Source: Octopus bimaculoides
Taxonomy: Eukaryota
Length of the DNA stretch: 64,000 nt
Assembly: GCF_001194135.2 (NCBI RefSeq)
Contig: NC_068984.1
Coordinates: 62,156,413-62,220,412, forward strand
Reading direction: 5' to 3'
Shown in pieces: positions 12,206 through 24,900 of the stretch. The translations under genes were made by a program, and so were the position numbers. A model generated the notes under the pieces. It searched no databases. It was not told the origin of the DNA and saw nothing but the letters and a program-made list of their open reading frames with translations. Positions within the stretch are counted from its first letter, which is position 1, and the number at the start of each line of letters is the position of its first letter.

Positions 12206-13086
12206 ACACTGACATGCATATACAGGTATTTGTGTATGTATATATATATATGTGTGTGTGTGTGTGTTGGGGGGAGTGTATGTATAGACGCAGTCTTCAA
12301 CTTTTTTACAACCTTGTATGTTTCACCCAATATTCGGCACAATATTACTTATATATTTATCAACTTCGAGTTCTAACTTCACTCTTTTACATATGGAATC
12401 CATGTGTTTGTGTTGTTACACGTCTTCACCCAGCAGTGCTGAATTCATTATCCTTAGAACTATCTCAACGACAGATCTGGTATATAAGGACATCATACGA
12501 TAAACTTACTGGCGTGTATAATCTGTAGTCAAGCTGTAGATAATTAGAATCGTGCGAAGTAGAGTTCTATTAAATACATGCAAGTACAATGATAAATGAC
12601 ACGTTCTAGTACACTTGAATCTTGGGAACGCCTTTCGTTGTGAACACACTGTGCGGAGATATTTCTCTTCTCAGGCAACATGGGTTCTTACGCTTCATCA
12701 GCTCCGAGAACCGAATTTACCATTCAGAGCCCTATGAAAACGATACTTATAATATAAAAGAAGAGCAACCAGTAAATTTGCATAGGGTAAATATTTGATA
12801 ACAAGCAATTTCTTTTGATGGAAAGAGAAACAGAATTCCCAGTTGATTCTCTACACTAGTATGATACTATTTTTAATATGTGCTCGACCATTATAATAAT
12901 ATTTACCTCGACCAATAATTATTACAATTGATAGAGTTTGCTTCTACAGCAGGTATCTTAAAATGTAGTGCCTGGGCATTAAAGTGTATATAATGTATCT
13001 AATTACATTTTATTTCCAGCAAGCTTTCTAAGATTAATTAATGCGAAAGCAGATGGCTCTCATTATGGCATTCAATAACGTTGATA

Positions 13087-13458
13087 TTTAGCTCCAGTAG
13101 ACAAACGCCAAAATGCAAAATTAATTATCTTCGAAACCGAAAGCAGACGTTGGTCCATTGGATATCCATGATATACAGAAGGAAAGACTAACATAGTTGT
13201 TTGCTTTTGAATAAATATTTCTATTCGTGAACTAATAAGATGAATAATGCTTCATATTAAGTGAGTCATTACTTTAACTCCAGTAGACGAACCCCAAAAT
13301 GCAAAATTAATTTATCTTCCAAACCGGAAGTAGACATTAGCACATTGGACATACAAAATATGCATAGGATAAACTGACATAGCTGTTTACTTTTGAATAA
13401 ATATTTCTGTTCGTGAACTAATATGATGAATAATACTTCATATTAAGCAAGTCATTAT
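13087..13458. repeat. Diverged tandem duplication, 2 x ~186 bp
   Basis: ttta(g/a)ctccagtagac...caaaatgcaaaattaatt...ttttgaataaatatttct.ttcgtgaactaat...cttcatattaag..agtcatta at 13087 and 13273. Confidence 0.9.
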
Positions 13459-14386
13459 GCTCATTATGAATGCGAAAGAGAAAAATTGTTGAATTTCTCA
13501 GAAGCATGCAATACTATATTTTCTTAAAATAATACTATTTTAAGTAATACTTCATCGATCGATATAAACAGAAATATATTTTAAGACCAGCATTGGTGTA
13601 ATATACTGTTTTCTACTCGATATAAAAATGAATAACAAAAATGTTTTAGCAGCCCAGATAGTCACAGAAATTTTAGCTCATTTCTCATATATGAATCATT
13701 AGAGATACTTCACTCCCAATTGCACTCAGCATATATTGCAATTAAATTAAATACACGACTAATACAAATTTAGCACTTTAGAAGATTTTAGGCGGCAGTG
13801 GACTTTACAATTATCAGCAACTCGTTAATCTTTATAAGGACGGCATGAAATCTATGTAATTACATGCCATATTTTAAATGAAACTAATTTCTACTAATTC
13901 ATAACGACAATATAATTTTAGCAACTATATCCATGGAGAATAGAACAGCCCTTGTGCGGTGTTTTCTCAGAATTTAACACATTACGATCCAAAAGTGGCT
14001 TAGATATACGGATAGGGATATAACAGTGCTCATCAACTATTTTTGCACTTGGGCACCTGAAATTGCTATTTTACTCTGGTGGATCCTGTAGGTATTTGAT
14101 ATTTAAAAACAAATTTCATAGAAATTTCTTTTAAACGTATTATTTTAGTTTTCACACATTAACTTTTGTAAGTTGAACTATGTAAAGTGTTAAAGACACA
14201 AACCTAATTGTTTTTTGCCAGTATATACATAATACGTACTTTATTAGGTATATATANNNNNNNNNNNNNNNNNNNNNNNNNNNNNNNNNNNNNNNNNNNN
14301 NNNNNNNNNNNNNNNNNNNNNNNNNNNNNNNNNNNNNNNNNNNNNNNNNNNNNNNNNNNNNNNNNNNNNNNNNNNNNNNNNNNNNN

Positions 14387-14419
<33 letters not shown>

Positions 14420-14424
14420 ATTAT

Positions 14425-15670
14425 TATTATTATTATTCCTACTACTATCGTATGTGTTACTTTTATTTCTGTTATTATTTATATTTCCTGCAACTGTAGT
14501 ATCATTCAAACTCATCTCAGCATCAACAGGCATTGTGTCACTAATCCCTGTACTAGTATAAACATCGGAAATACAGTTTATATTGCACATAACAGATGTG
14601 TTAGTACTGATGTTTCTAATTCCTACATCACCATTAATATTATTCTCATTGTAAGGGTTTAAGTTAGTTTTGTTGTTTATAGTTTCAGCTCAGACCTGCG
14701 GCCATGCTGATGCACCGCCGTAATAATATTATTATTATTAGCCCCCCTCGCCGATTTTATATTATTTCTATTTGACCTGGCTATGATAGTAACCATATTG
14801 GGGAGGGTAGAATACGAGATTCTAACAGTCTTAGGAGAAAAGATTCTCTTATATCTATGGGAAGCAGGGAAGTTTTTTTCTAAAATTGCCACCATAAATT
14901 TCTTATATATGTTTGTGGATATGGCACCGTTGAAGGGAACGTTATACCAGACAAAATCATTATTTTCAGACCTATTACATATGTAAGGGAGGAATCTACC
15001 TGCTCTTTTAACGCCTCCCAAAATCGTGATTTGATTATTAAGTATGTCTATATTATCATTATTTTTCTTATAATTAGAGGGTGGCATAATCCGCTCAGTT
15101 GACTCACTATCTTTATTATATAAACTAATATTCCTACTGGTTATAGCATCTAATTTTCTATTGTTGCTTAACTTTTTATTTAAATTGATGGGTTTGTTGG
15201 ATACTTTCATAGTAGGTTTGTTTTCCCGACCAAGTAAGCCTGTATTCCCTGTCTCACTTAATATCTCATTATTTCTACTATTAGCAGGTGTTATACTTTC
15301 AGGATTAAGAAAAGTAATTCCATGGTCGTATCCTGCCTTAGACAAAGCGAAGTTATAGTGGTGGAAATGGGTATTAAAGTGTATTTATTAGCTGATACTT
15401 TCGTAATTCTTTAGGGGTGTGTGATTTGATGATTTATTCACATACCTCGTAACTTCACCTAGTTTCCTATAGAGGTGGTATAATCCTGAGTTAATGTCTA
15501 ATATAGTATCAAGAAATTTGCCACCATTTTGCCAAAATCCCAAAGTTGAAGCCTTTGAAAAAATTTCTATTTCTTTTCCTCATTCTTTCTATGACCGATT
15601 TGGTATAATAAATAGAGCAACATCTCTATATAAACCTCTCTGTAATTCAGGGATTTCATTATTAAGTTAC
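14425..15670 (-). mobile_element. Penelope-like element (GLYRD(D)-type RT) remnant with long Asn-rich linkers
   Basis: GLYRDVA, KFLDTILDINSGLYHLYRK, SKAGYDHGITF, VWYNVPFNGAISTNIYKKF, NFPASHRYKRIFSPKTVRISYSTLPNM. Runs into (AAT)n and an N-gap. Confidence 0.82.
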
Positions 15671-16944
15671 TTTAAGAGACACGCACCAACTTTCTTTCTA
15701 TCTTTCTTTCTTTTTTTCTTTCTCCTTTTTGTTCTCATCATTTTCTTTTCCATCGGTGTAAGTCCATGCATGTGTTTTGATTCCAGACAAAATACTATGA
15801 ACTATAATGAAATTATTTTATATACATACTAAGCTATACTATACTCAAATTATTGTTAATCAAATAAATAATCTATTCTTGAACTTCTTATAAGCATCAA
15901 GCTCAAAATATATGTACAAATATATATGTTAAAAACACAATATATTTTCTTCTAATATTGTCACAGCAAAAAGCCAGAGAGTTATAACCATCACATAAAA
16001 TATCAAATGTAAATATAACAGTTTGTTGTCGATGCGAAATACTGCGGATAAGAGCATAAGCTATTTGGGCGATATATTATTTTGTTGTGTGATTCGTCTG
16101 AACTAATGTCTAAAGAAATAACGTTTTTGCTTATATATTTTTTTCAAATACGCAGTTATTTGTACTTACAGTAAGTCAAACTCTGTAGTGTTCAAAATTA
16201 CTTTACATCTTCACCCACGTCCTCATTCGCTAGTATCTTTTGTTTACCTTGAAAATTGTTTCACTAATAATAAAAATATAGATTACTGTTTCAAGTATTA
16301 AGTATTCTAAACACTGAATGTGTTAAAATGTACNNNNNNNNNNNNNNNNNNNNNNNNNNNNNNNNNNNNNNNNNNNNNNNNNNNNNNNNNNNNNNNNNNN
16401 NNNNNNNNNNNNNNNNNNNNNNNNNNNNNNNNNNNNNNNNNNNNNNNNNNNNNNNNNNNNNNNNNNNNNNNNNNNNNNNNNNNNNNNNNNNNNNNNNNNN
16501 NNNNNNNNNNNNNNNNNNTCTGTTGGGTGATGCGTGTGTGTGCATGTGTATACATGTATGTCTATTTAAATGTATGTGCATGTGTGTATGTAAAATATCA
16601 AAACAAGTGAAAAAAATCACGGTCAGCATTATCAAAATTAGAAAGACAAAATATTTTTTACTATTTGGAGCTTCAAAAATCATTCCTTGGAGCGTCTCAG
16701 ACGATTGAAAAACACGCAGCATGGAGTCTACCACACAATGAAGATATAGAAAAAGATTAAATTTCATAACGAACACTGCTGGCATCACAAGAAATAAGGT
16801 TATGTTATTATTTGATAACAATATTTTCGTTATTTAAAACATAAATCCTGATTGACATTTAGAGTGGTACAGTGGAGACTATACAAAACAATAGTACACA
16901 CAAAGACATACGTATGTGAACAACTATATATGTATTATTTTGTT

Positions 16945-17070
16945 ATTTTAATTGTTTCGGTCATTAGACTGCGGCTATACTGGGGTACCGCCTTCAAGGA
17001 TTTTGGTCAAATGAATCGACCCCAGTGCTTTAAAATTTTGCTTAAGCCTGGTAGTTATTCTGTCGGCCCT
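16945..17070 (-). mobile_element. SINE family B 3' tail fragment
   Basis: Reverse complement resembles 18860-18970 (gaataactaccaggcttaag...ggggtcgattcatttgacc...aggcggtaccccagtatagccgcagtctaatgacc). Confidence 0.75.
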
Positions 17071-18461
17071 AGATATAGATGTGTGTAATTTTCCCTTGTT
17101 AACAATTAACACGGATAAAAGACATGACAAAGACATTTCATTGAGTTAAATACTGAAGGGTTTCTAGGATATCCCAGCTATTAGAACATCGTGTCGGGCA
17201 AAGTTCTTTGGAACTACTACCATCCTTTTTTCCTCGCCATAGACTGCTATTTAATCATTCTCTTTGGTCAGGGATTTATCTCAGGAATATCCTATCTAAC
17301 TGGATTTTGATTGAATTTCTCCTCCCTTTCTAGACATAATGCACCATAACAACTATCACTGACGGGCAACTTTCTCCCGCTGATACATATGTTTAAACTA
17401 TTTCTCTCCGATGACGGGATATTCAGCATATAGGAACTTGATGATGAAATTCATTACCTTACAGTTGTTTCTGCCATGAGATGCAACGCACTCGTGGTCG
17501 AATGCTAGTGTATCACTCTGTAGGTTCACCGGAGCTTCAAAAATGAAGTGTAATTTGATTTGGTTAAGCGTTTACATTTAAATATGTTTACAGAAAATAA
17601 TTACCCAAGAAAAAGCATAAACGTATGAGGTAAACGACGTCAGAGGTTTGAAGGAGAGAAGCCTCTCACATAAATGGATTAAGATAAAATTCTATCCATA
17701 CACGTGTATAAGGATAGGAATTTGAAGAACGGCTATTTCAATATTCGGCTCATGTCTACTACTGAAAGAAAGGCAATTAGAGATATTAGTGCTGCACCGA
17801 AATGATTCATGGCAACTTGTTATTCGTTCTACCAATATCAGAAGCTATGTAGACCTTTAAAAATGGTTTCGACGTGAATCGAAGGTAGTTGACAAAATTG
17901 GCTTTAAGGCACGCATCTCTGTTAGAATAATTTCATTTGTCATGAGTTATATCATATTCCTCAACTTGGATTTAACATCAGATAGATTGAATGCTCGGTA
18001 AACCATACTAACTACCAGAGAACGCCGTAATCATCGCCCTTTTATATGAATTTGTATTGGCATGAAAATATAGGAAAAACACAGATGATGATAAAGACAT
18101 GTAACCTGGAAAAATTAATTCCATGTATCCAATGCCGTTGAAAAGATTAAAAAACTGCAATATTCGTAATCATTTATCGGAAGGAAGCGCATTATCACTG
18201 TCTGTTCATGTAATATCACAGATTAGAATTTCTTTGAAACATTGATTTTACCGAATAGAAAGAGAAATTAAAATATAGGGGAAATTTGAATATTTGGTCG
18301 TTTAGTTCTTTAAAAGATGCTGTATAGGATAGATTATCATCTTTCTTCTGAAATAGAACCAACTTAGCACTGAGCATCGAAGCTGTGTATGTGTCCTTGT
18401 GTGTGTACGTTTTTATATGCCTATGTGTATATAAATATATGTAAGCATGTATATATGTATA

Positions 18462-18517
<56 letters not shown>

Positions 18518-18790
18518 NNNNNNNNNNNNNNNNNNNNNNNNNNNNNNNNNNNNNNNNNNNNNNNNNNNNNNNNNNNNNNNNNNNNNNNNNNNNNNNNNNN
18601 NNNNNNNNNNNNNNNNNNNNNNNNNNNNNNNNNNNNNNNNNNNNNNNNNNNNNNNNNNNNNNNNNNNNNNNNNNNNNNNNNNNNNNNNNNNNNNNNNNNN
18701 NNNNNNNNNNNNNNNNNNNNNNNNNNNNNNNNNNNNNNNNNNNNNNNNNNNNNNNNNNNNNNNNNNNNNNNNNNNNNNNNNNNNNNNNNN

Positions 18791-18976
18791 GTTTGTGTGT
18801 CTGTGTTTGACAACCAATGTTGGTGTATTTACGTCCCCGTAAATTAGCGGTTCGGCAAAAGAGACCGATAGAATAAGTACTAGGCTTGTAAAGAATAAGT
18901 CCTGGGATCGATTTGTTCGATTAAAGGCGGTGCTCCAGCATGGCCGCAGTCAAATGACTGCAACAAATAAAAGAAT
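18791..18976 (+). mobile_element. SINE family B 3' half (head probably lost in the gap)
   Basis: ttgacaaccaatgttggtgtatttacgtccccgtaaattagcggttcggcaaaagagaccgatagaataagtactagg..., shared with 60070-60160. Confidence 0.85.
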
Positions 18977-19454
18977 ATATATTTTTCCACATGCACGCAA
19001 GCGCGCGCTTACTCAAACAAACACACACAAATACACACGGTCACACATACATATATATAATATATATATACCTTAGTTTTAATGTGTTAACACACCCACA
19101 CATTTATGCATTGTAAAAGACTGCATGCGTGTGCTCTCATAGCATTAAAATCTAACCCACAGTGAAAGTTGCTGGGACAAGAACAGTCAAAGATACAAAT
19201 GATCTTAATATAGGAGAACAGAAATAATCATGACCGAACACACAACAATGCATCTAGGTGTAAGGGACTGGCTCCTCAGAACATCAGCCTGTTTTATGGA
19301 AAACACAAAACTCCTTTTGCTATTAAGTCTTGAAGGTAACTAATGTAAAACCACCAGTCATCTTGATCTTGTATAATTTCTCAGTGGTGAAAATACTCCG
19401 AGAGTAATATTCAAATTGTAGAGGTGTCTGTCAATATAATATTTATGCTGTACA

Positions 19455-19670
19455 TACGATGTGGTACTGGAAAGTTCCTTGTTGTAAGGGTGTCGCGAAT
19501 GGTCTAACTGGAGGCCTAAACTTCCGAGTTCTTTTACAAAACTTAGAAAACCTGATGGATTGCTGCAATAAGTGTGTGAATTTGAACGAGGAATATGTTG
19601 AATAAAATCATAATTAACCGATCTTCCTGCATTTTATTTTCACCACAGCCATGGACTTTCGGCACCCCTA
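19455..19670 (+). mobile_element. Mariner-derived miniature element (TIR-like ends plus transposase C-terminal remnant)
   Basis: tacgatgtggtactggaaagttcc ... ggactttcggcaccccta as imperfect inverted ends. Internal ENLMDCCNKCVNLNEEYVE* resembles the mariner KLxxRWxKCxxxxGxYVE* terminus. Confidence 0.55.
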
Positions 19671-19850
19671 TCCTATATTCTAACATCGTGGTATTACAAG
19701 CATTTTAAAACATCACTTTATAAGTTCACGGTATTTAACTCTCTGGGGAGTGCATTATCTATTCCGGCCCTTCAATTACTCGGTGATCACATGATTAGCT
19801 AGGAAGGGAATGGAATATGACGTTACGATTATTACATAGCATTAAAATGC

Positions 19851-19912
19851 TTGTTTACAGTAGCTGAAGTTTCATCATTTCTGTGGACGAAACAGTGTAA
19901 ATATGTAAACAA
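19851..19912 (+). ncRNA. Degenerate hammerhead ribozyme-like motif
   Basis: ttgtttaca..CTGAAG(t)..ttca-loop-tgga c GAAA C agt G TA..tgtaaacaa. The 9-bp outer stem is perfect, but A9 and proximal helix I are mismatched. Confidence 0.4.
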
Positions 19913-20469
19913 ACTGCTATGTAAATCCCCGAATACTGTTTGAAACTAGTGTCGTTGATAGAAATGTAGTTAATCCCGTATAAGTCTTAAAATATAACCA
20001 TTTGCATGAAAGTGTAAGAAGCTAGGTGATAGGTTGCTATGACTGTTTGTGCATATTTTGAAATGATAATCCCAGCTTGATATTGGCAATTGATGTGTTA
20101 CTAACACCTTCCCAGTTAGGATTAATAAAGTTAACTTCATTACAGGCAGGTATTTTCATATATATTCACAAAATATCGATTCTTGGGCATTGGTTTCATT
20201 TCTCTGTGTTGAGTTTCTGCTCCAAGAGTCTCTGTAAATTCGTAACTGGACAAGCCTCAACAAAATAAGAGACTATCTAGGATCTCATCCGTTCCTTATC
20301 TATATGTATAGTTATATAAATACATACAATTTCATAGGATTCGAAGAATTGAGTGGCCATCGCAGAAAGCCCCTCTTACGGACTCAACTAAGTTTACATT
20401 ACAATACACACACATACACACATACACACACACGCACACACATACGTGTGTGTGTGTATGTATATATTC

Positions 20470-22604
20470 ACACCGACAGCCCGCAGAGACAATCAAAGTG
20501 AAATTAAAGATAGCGTTACCGAGTTCTGCAGGAAATTAAAACTTGCAGAGGCACTGACCGACTTTGATGATCACAAAAACCAATACACCCCCACAAAGAA
20601 GGAAACAATAGCCTTGATGACTTTTGCAAAGCCTTGATGAATTTTGTAAACTTTCACTATCACACCCTGCACAAACAAAACAAAACCATCCCAAACCTCA
20701 ACAAAATCCATTGCAAAGAAATTAATGAACTACAAAACAATAAAAAATTACAATCGATGAAGCGGACAAAGGCAGTGCAGTGGTAATTATGGACACATCC
20801 TACTACAGAAATCTAGTCATGTCCTTATTAAACAACAATGAGTATTATGAAGAAATCAACAGTTACAATCCCAACAAAATAATGAAAAGCCCCTCTTCAC
20901 TAATACATACCCACGAGAAAGACCTCACAAAAAAGGAAGTAGATTTCCTCAGAAATTTCAAATACAAACCCAGCCTTTTCAATGGCCGCCCCAAAATCCA
21001 CAAAAGCCCAACCATCAATGAAGCCATCAACAACTTACCACATACATACACCAACACCAGGACACAAAAAAAAAGACCTATCATAGCTGGCCCATCCTGT
21101 GAGACACACTGATTAAGTTACTTCATGGACATTCTCCTGAAGACATATCCAAAACATAGAAGCTACATCACAGATGATTTAGACATGCTGAACTATCTCC
21201 CAGACCAGGTCGGGGAGGAATTTCTCATGGTTTCCTTCGTTGTTATAAACCTATACTCCAATATCCCTCATGACTATTGAATAGAAGCGATTCGATTCTG
21301 GCTAGAACAACATCCAGAGGAAATACCAGAACAAATAAACAAATCCTTCATCACTGAATCAATTAAATTCATTCTCCAGAATAATCATTTCATTTTTGAC
21401 ACCAACTGCTACCACTAAATATCGGCAATTGTGATGGGCACGAGAGCAGCAACTACCATTGTCAACTTCACAATGGGATTCTTACAGAAAAAATATATCA
21501 GAATTCCCTGCGAACATTTGGAGACCCTGTCGTTCAATACATTAATGAGAATTGGAAGAGATACGTGGATGACTGTTTCATACTATGGAATAACAACTTA
21601 AACAAACTCCTAAAATTTAATACACTTCTGAACAGCTTCCACACAAGCATTCAATTTACAATGGAATACAACCAGGAGGCACTGCCATTCCAAGACATTC
21701 TAATTAACAAAACGTCCAACAACAAGATCGAAACAGACATATTTTATAAAATAACAGATGCATAACAATACCTTCTCTTGAGCTCTTGCCATCCTAGACA
21801 CACAAAAACAAACATACCCTTCAACCTTGCAAGAAAATCTACACAATTGTCTCAGAGAAAAAAAAATAGAGAGTTAAGACTACAAGAACTGAAAAACGTC
21901 CTTCTGCATAGACACTACCCAATCCAACACATTAATGAAGGAATAAAACGTACCAAATCTATCAACACCGAGACATTAAGAAAAACCAAAGACATTAACA
22001 AACTTCTCCTTAAAACACTACCCTACATTTCCACATACAACCCCAGAAACAAAGAAGCATTCAGCACAATCATACAAAACCTACCAATATATTACACAAG
22101 GAGCCAAAACTAAAAAAAAAAAATTTACGTGACATTAAAATTGTCAAAAGCAACAAACAACCTAAGTCATTGAAGAAACTGCTAACTAATGCAGCCCTAA
22201 AGTAAAAAGAATGTAATCGCCCCAACTGTGGGACATGACCCAACCTTTTGGAAGTGTCAGAATACTATTTTAAACAAGGGCAACACTTTACAATTAAATC
22301 AAATTTCACTTGTGCATCCGAGAATCTGATCTACGTAATCAGATGCTCGGGCTGCCAGAAAGACTATATTGGGGAATTCTATCCGTCAACGTTGTACGGT
22401 GCATCCTCAACAGATAGCCTCACCATAATACGACCAAATTTATCTCAGTGAACATATCGACGTATGTACGAAACAAATGCAATCTAAATTCACTATTTTC
22501 CCTCTATATAAATTTGCTGACTGCACTTCTACGCAAAACCGACACAATAAAGAGACATACTTCATCCAAAAATACAAATCTGAACTAAACACCAATTCAT
22601 TTTA
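20470..22604 (+). mobile_element. Penelope-like element, near full-length decayed ORF (RT plus C-terminal GIY-YIG; Neptune-like)
   Basis: EFCRKLKLAE, ADKGSAVVIMD, GRPKIHK, RPIIAGP, NLYSNIPH, MGTRAA, WKRYVDDCF, LPFQDI, SSCHPRHTKTNIPFNLAR, TYNP, YVIRCSGCQKDYIGE, FIQKYKSELN. Multiple frameshifts. Confidence 0.93.
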
Positions 22605-22849
22605 ATTGTATTACTAATTGTCACTAAATTACTTGACTCCTGGACACCTATTCATATTCAAACCAGAATCACGACAGGTCCGACATGACTCTTATGGAGA
22701 AAGTATTCATACCTTGAGAATGACTTTATCGTTCATTTTCATTTTCTATTGGACTGATTTATTTTATTCAATTATGGAATTTCAATATAGACAAAAAAAG
22801 TTATATATGTATACCAACCACAATTGTTATGCATAAATTACTGTTCATA

Positions 22850-23908
22850 CTTATGTGTGTATGTATGTATGTATGTATGTATGTATATATATATATATAT
22901 ATATATAAACAAATAGTAAATGAGTATATGCATATATACGTACAGGTATGTGCATACTGACATCCACCTGTATGTATAGGTGCATATCTGGGTACAGGAC
23001 ATTGCAAACAAAACAGAGACGAGAAAACACACAAGCCACATAGAGAACATTCTACTTCATCAGCTACCTCCGTTTTAACACCGGCGTTTCGGAGAGCTAG
23101 GCAGGACGCATCGTTAAAACAGCTCTTCCCATGGACCGCAAATTAAATCTGTATACACAAATTAAATCTTGCCATAGAGGAATGTTGTGGCGGACAAAAA
23201 ACAAGACAGGNNNNNNNNNNNNNNNNNNNNNNNNNNNNNNNNNNNNNNNNNNNNNNNNNNNNNNNNNNNNNNNNNNNNNNNNNNNNNNNNNNNNNNNNNN
23301 NNNNNNNNNNNNNNNNNNNNNNNNNNNNNNNNNNNNNNNNNNNNNNNNNNNNNNNNNNNNNNNNNNNNNNNNNNNNNNNNNNNNNNNNNNNNNNNNNNNN
23401 NNNNNNNNNNNNNNNNNNNNNNNNNNNNNNNNNNNNNNNNNNNNNNNNNNNNNNNNNNNNNNNNNNNNNNNNNNNNNNNNNNNNNNNNNNNNNNNNNNNN
23501 NNNNNNNNNNNNNNNNNNNNNNNNNNNNNNNNNNNNNNNNNNNNNNNNNNNNNNNNNNNNNNNNNNNNNNNNNNNNNNNNNNNNNNNNNNNNNNNNNNNN
23601 NNNNNNNNNNNNNNNNNNNNNNNNNNNNNNNNNNNNNNNNNNNNNNNNNNNNNNNNNNNNNNNNNNNNNNNNNNNNNNNNNNNNNNNNNNNNNNNNNNNN
23701 NNNNNNNNNNNNNNNNNNNNCTTATGTGTGTATGTATGTATGTATGTATGTATGTATATATATATATATATATATATAAACAAATAGTAAATGAGTATAT
23801 GCATATATACGTACAGGTATGTGCATACCGACATCCACCTGTATGTATAGGTGCATATCTGGGTACAGGGCATTGCAAACAAAACAGAGACGAGAAAACA
23901 CACAAGCC
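22850..23908. repeat. 188-bp direct repeat (22850-23037 and 23721-23908) either side of an N-gap, 2 substitutions
   Basis: Identical except catactgac/cataccgac and caggacatt/cagggcatt. The copies diverge after acaagcc. Confidence 0.9.
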
Positions 23909-24519
23909 GAGATGTTAGAGCATAAAATATATGAATATATACTCATTCACACATTATTGCTTAATCTTTAAAACCTAGTACGGTAATATAATTAACTGTC
24001 TATAAAATGAAATAACTCCTGTAAATGTATGCTTGCCAAAAACGTTAAAGAGCTTCATGTAAAAATAAGAGTTGGTCCCTTTTTGACATATTCCTTCATC
24101 TCTGTTTACTTTTCTTTCTAAAGATGGCGTCCCATTGACAGTAAAAAACGTTCTCTCTATGTAAGTTGACAATCGTTGATCGTGAAACCGGTACATATTC
24201 AATTTGTAATGATTTAATATGTTTCTAATATTACCATAAATTTTATTATACAAATTTTCTGTGACTTTTGCATTTCTTATATATATATACGCACACACAT
24301 ATATGCATGCAAGTGTACTACATACATACACATATACACACATATTCATAATATATACATATCCTAGTTCAATACTAAACCTATAGTGTTAGGTGAAAAC
24401 ACACCATGGTTATTGCTGAGGCTTTCAGAAAAAAGGCCTGCAGTTAATAGGATCCATTGTAAGTCAACTTTAAACCAAATCTAACCTCTCCTACATGAAA
24501 TCACAGTGTTACATTTATC

Positions 24520-24900
24520 CTTTGCACAAACACTCGCACACTCAGCACCTCATGATTCTAAAATGCTTGTCTTTGGAAGTAGTACCTTCTGATATCCAGA
24601 GTATATTTAGTAAGGTTATAGATGAATGCGAGACTAAGAACTATCCCATATACAAGACTTCAGCAGTAGATGACTTGGAAGAATTCAGTCACAACTCAAC
24701 ATCTATGAACACGAATGCCATTGGATTAAGCTGGTTAATCAACGATGAAGAACATCAAGGAACACACGAAACCATGCGCTTACAAATGTCTCTGTTCTTT
24801 GAATCGTTACAGCTTCTACATGCGTCTTCGACATCAGACGAGTAAGCTGGAAGCAACTAAACAAGAATCAGTATGGTGGCGTTAAAATGCTTGATTCAGT
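24520..24900 (+). pseudogene. Possible very decayed RTE-like LINE RT/C-terminal remnant
   Basis: SDIQSIFSKV...TK, AVDDLEEFS...AIGLSW, LLHASSTS, SKLEA loosely follow the RTE order (DLQxLL..KTK..VDxFxYLGS..RIGLAW..LLYGSETW..KLxA). Confidence 0.3.

Noticed and set aside
12654-12706. Minus-strand cggag-CTGATGA...GAAA-tat-ctccg
   Set aside because: A 5-bp helix I is present, but there is no helix II, helix III or UH site; may be chance.
23045-23130. Minus-strand GAAACGCCGGTGTT near-palindrome plus a downstream CTGATGAAG
   Set aside because: The two core halves are in an order and pairing context that does not build helices I and II for any hammerhead topology I could draw.
24769-24800. CGATGAAGAAC (5.8S rRNA-like word) and a nearby GAAACCATG
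   Set aside because: Only an 11-nt match with no surrounding rRNA homology, and no hammerhead helices.
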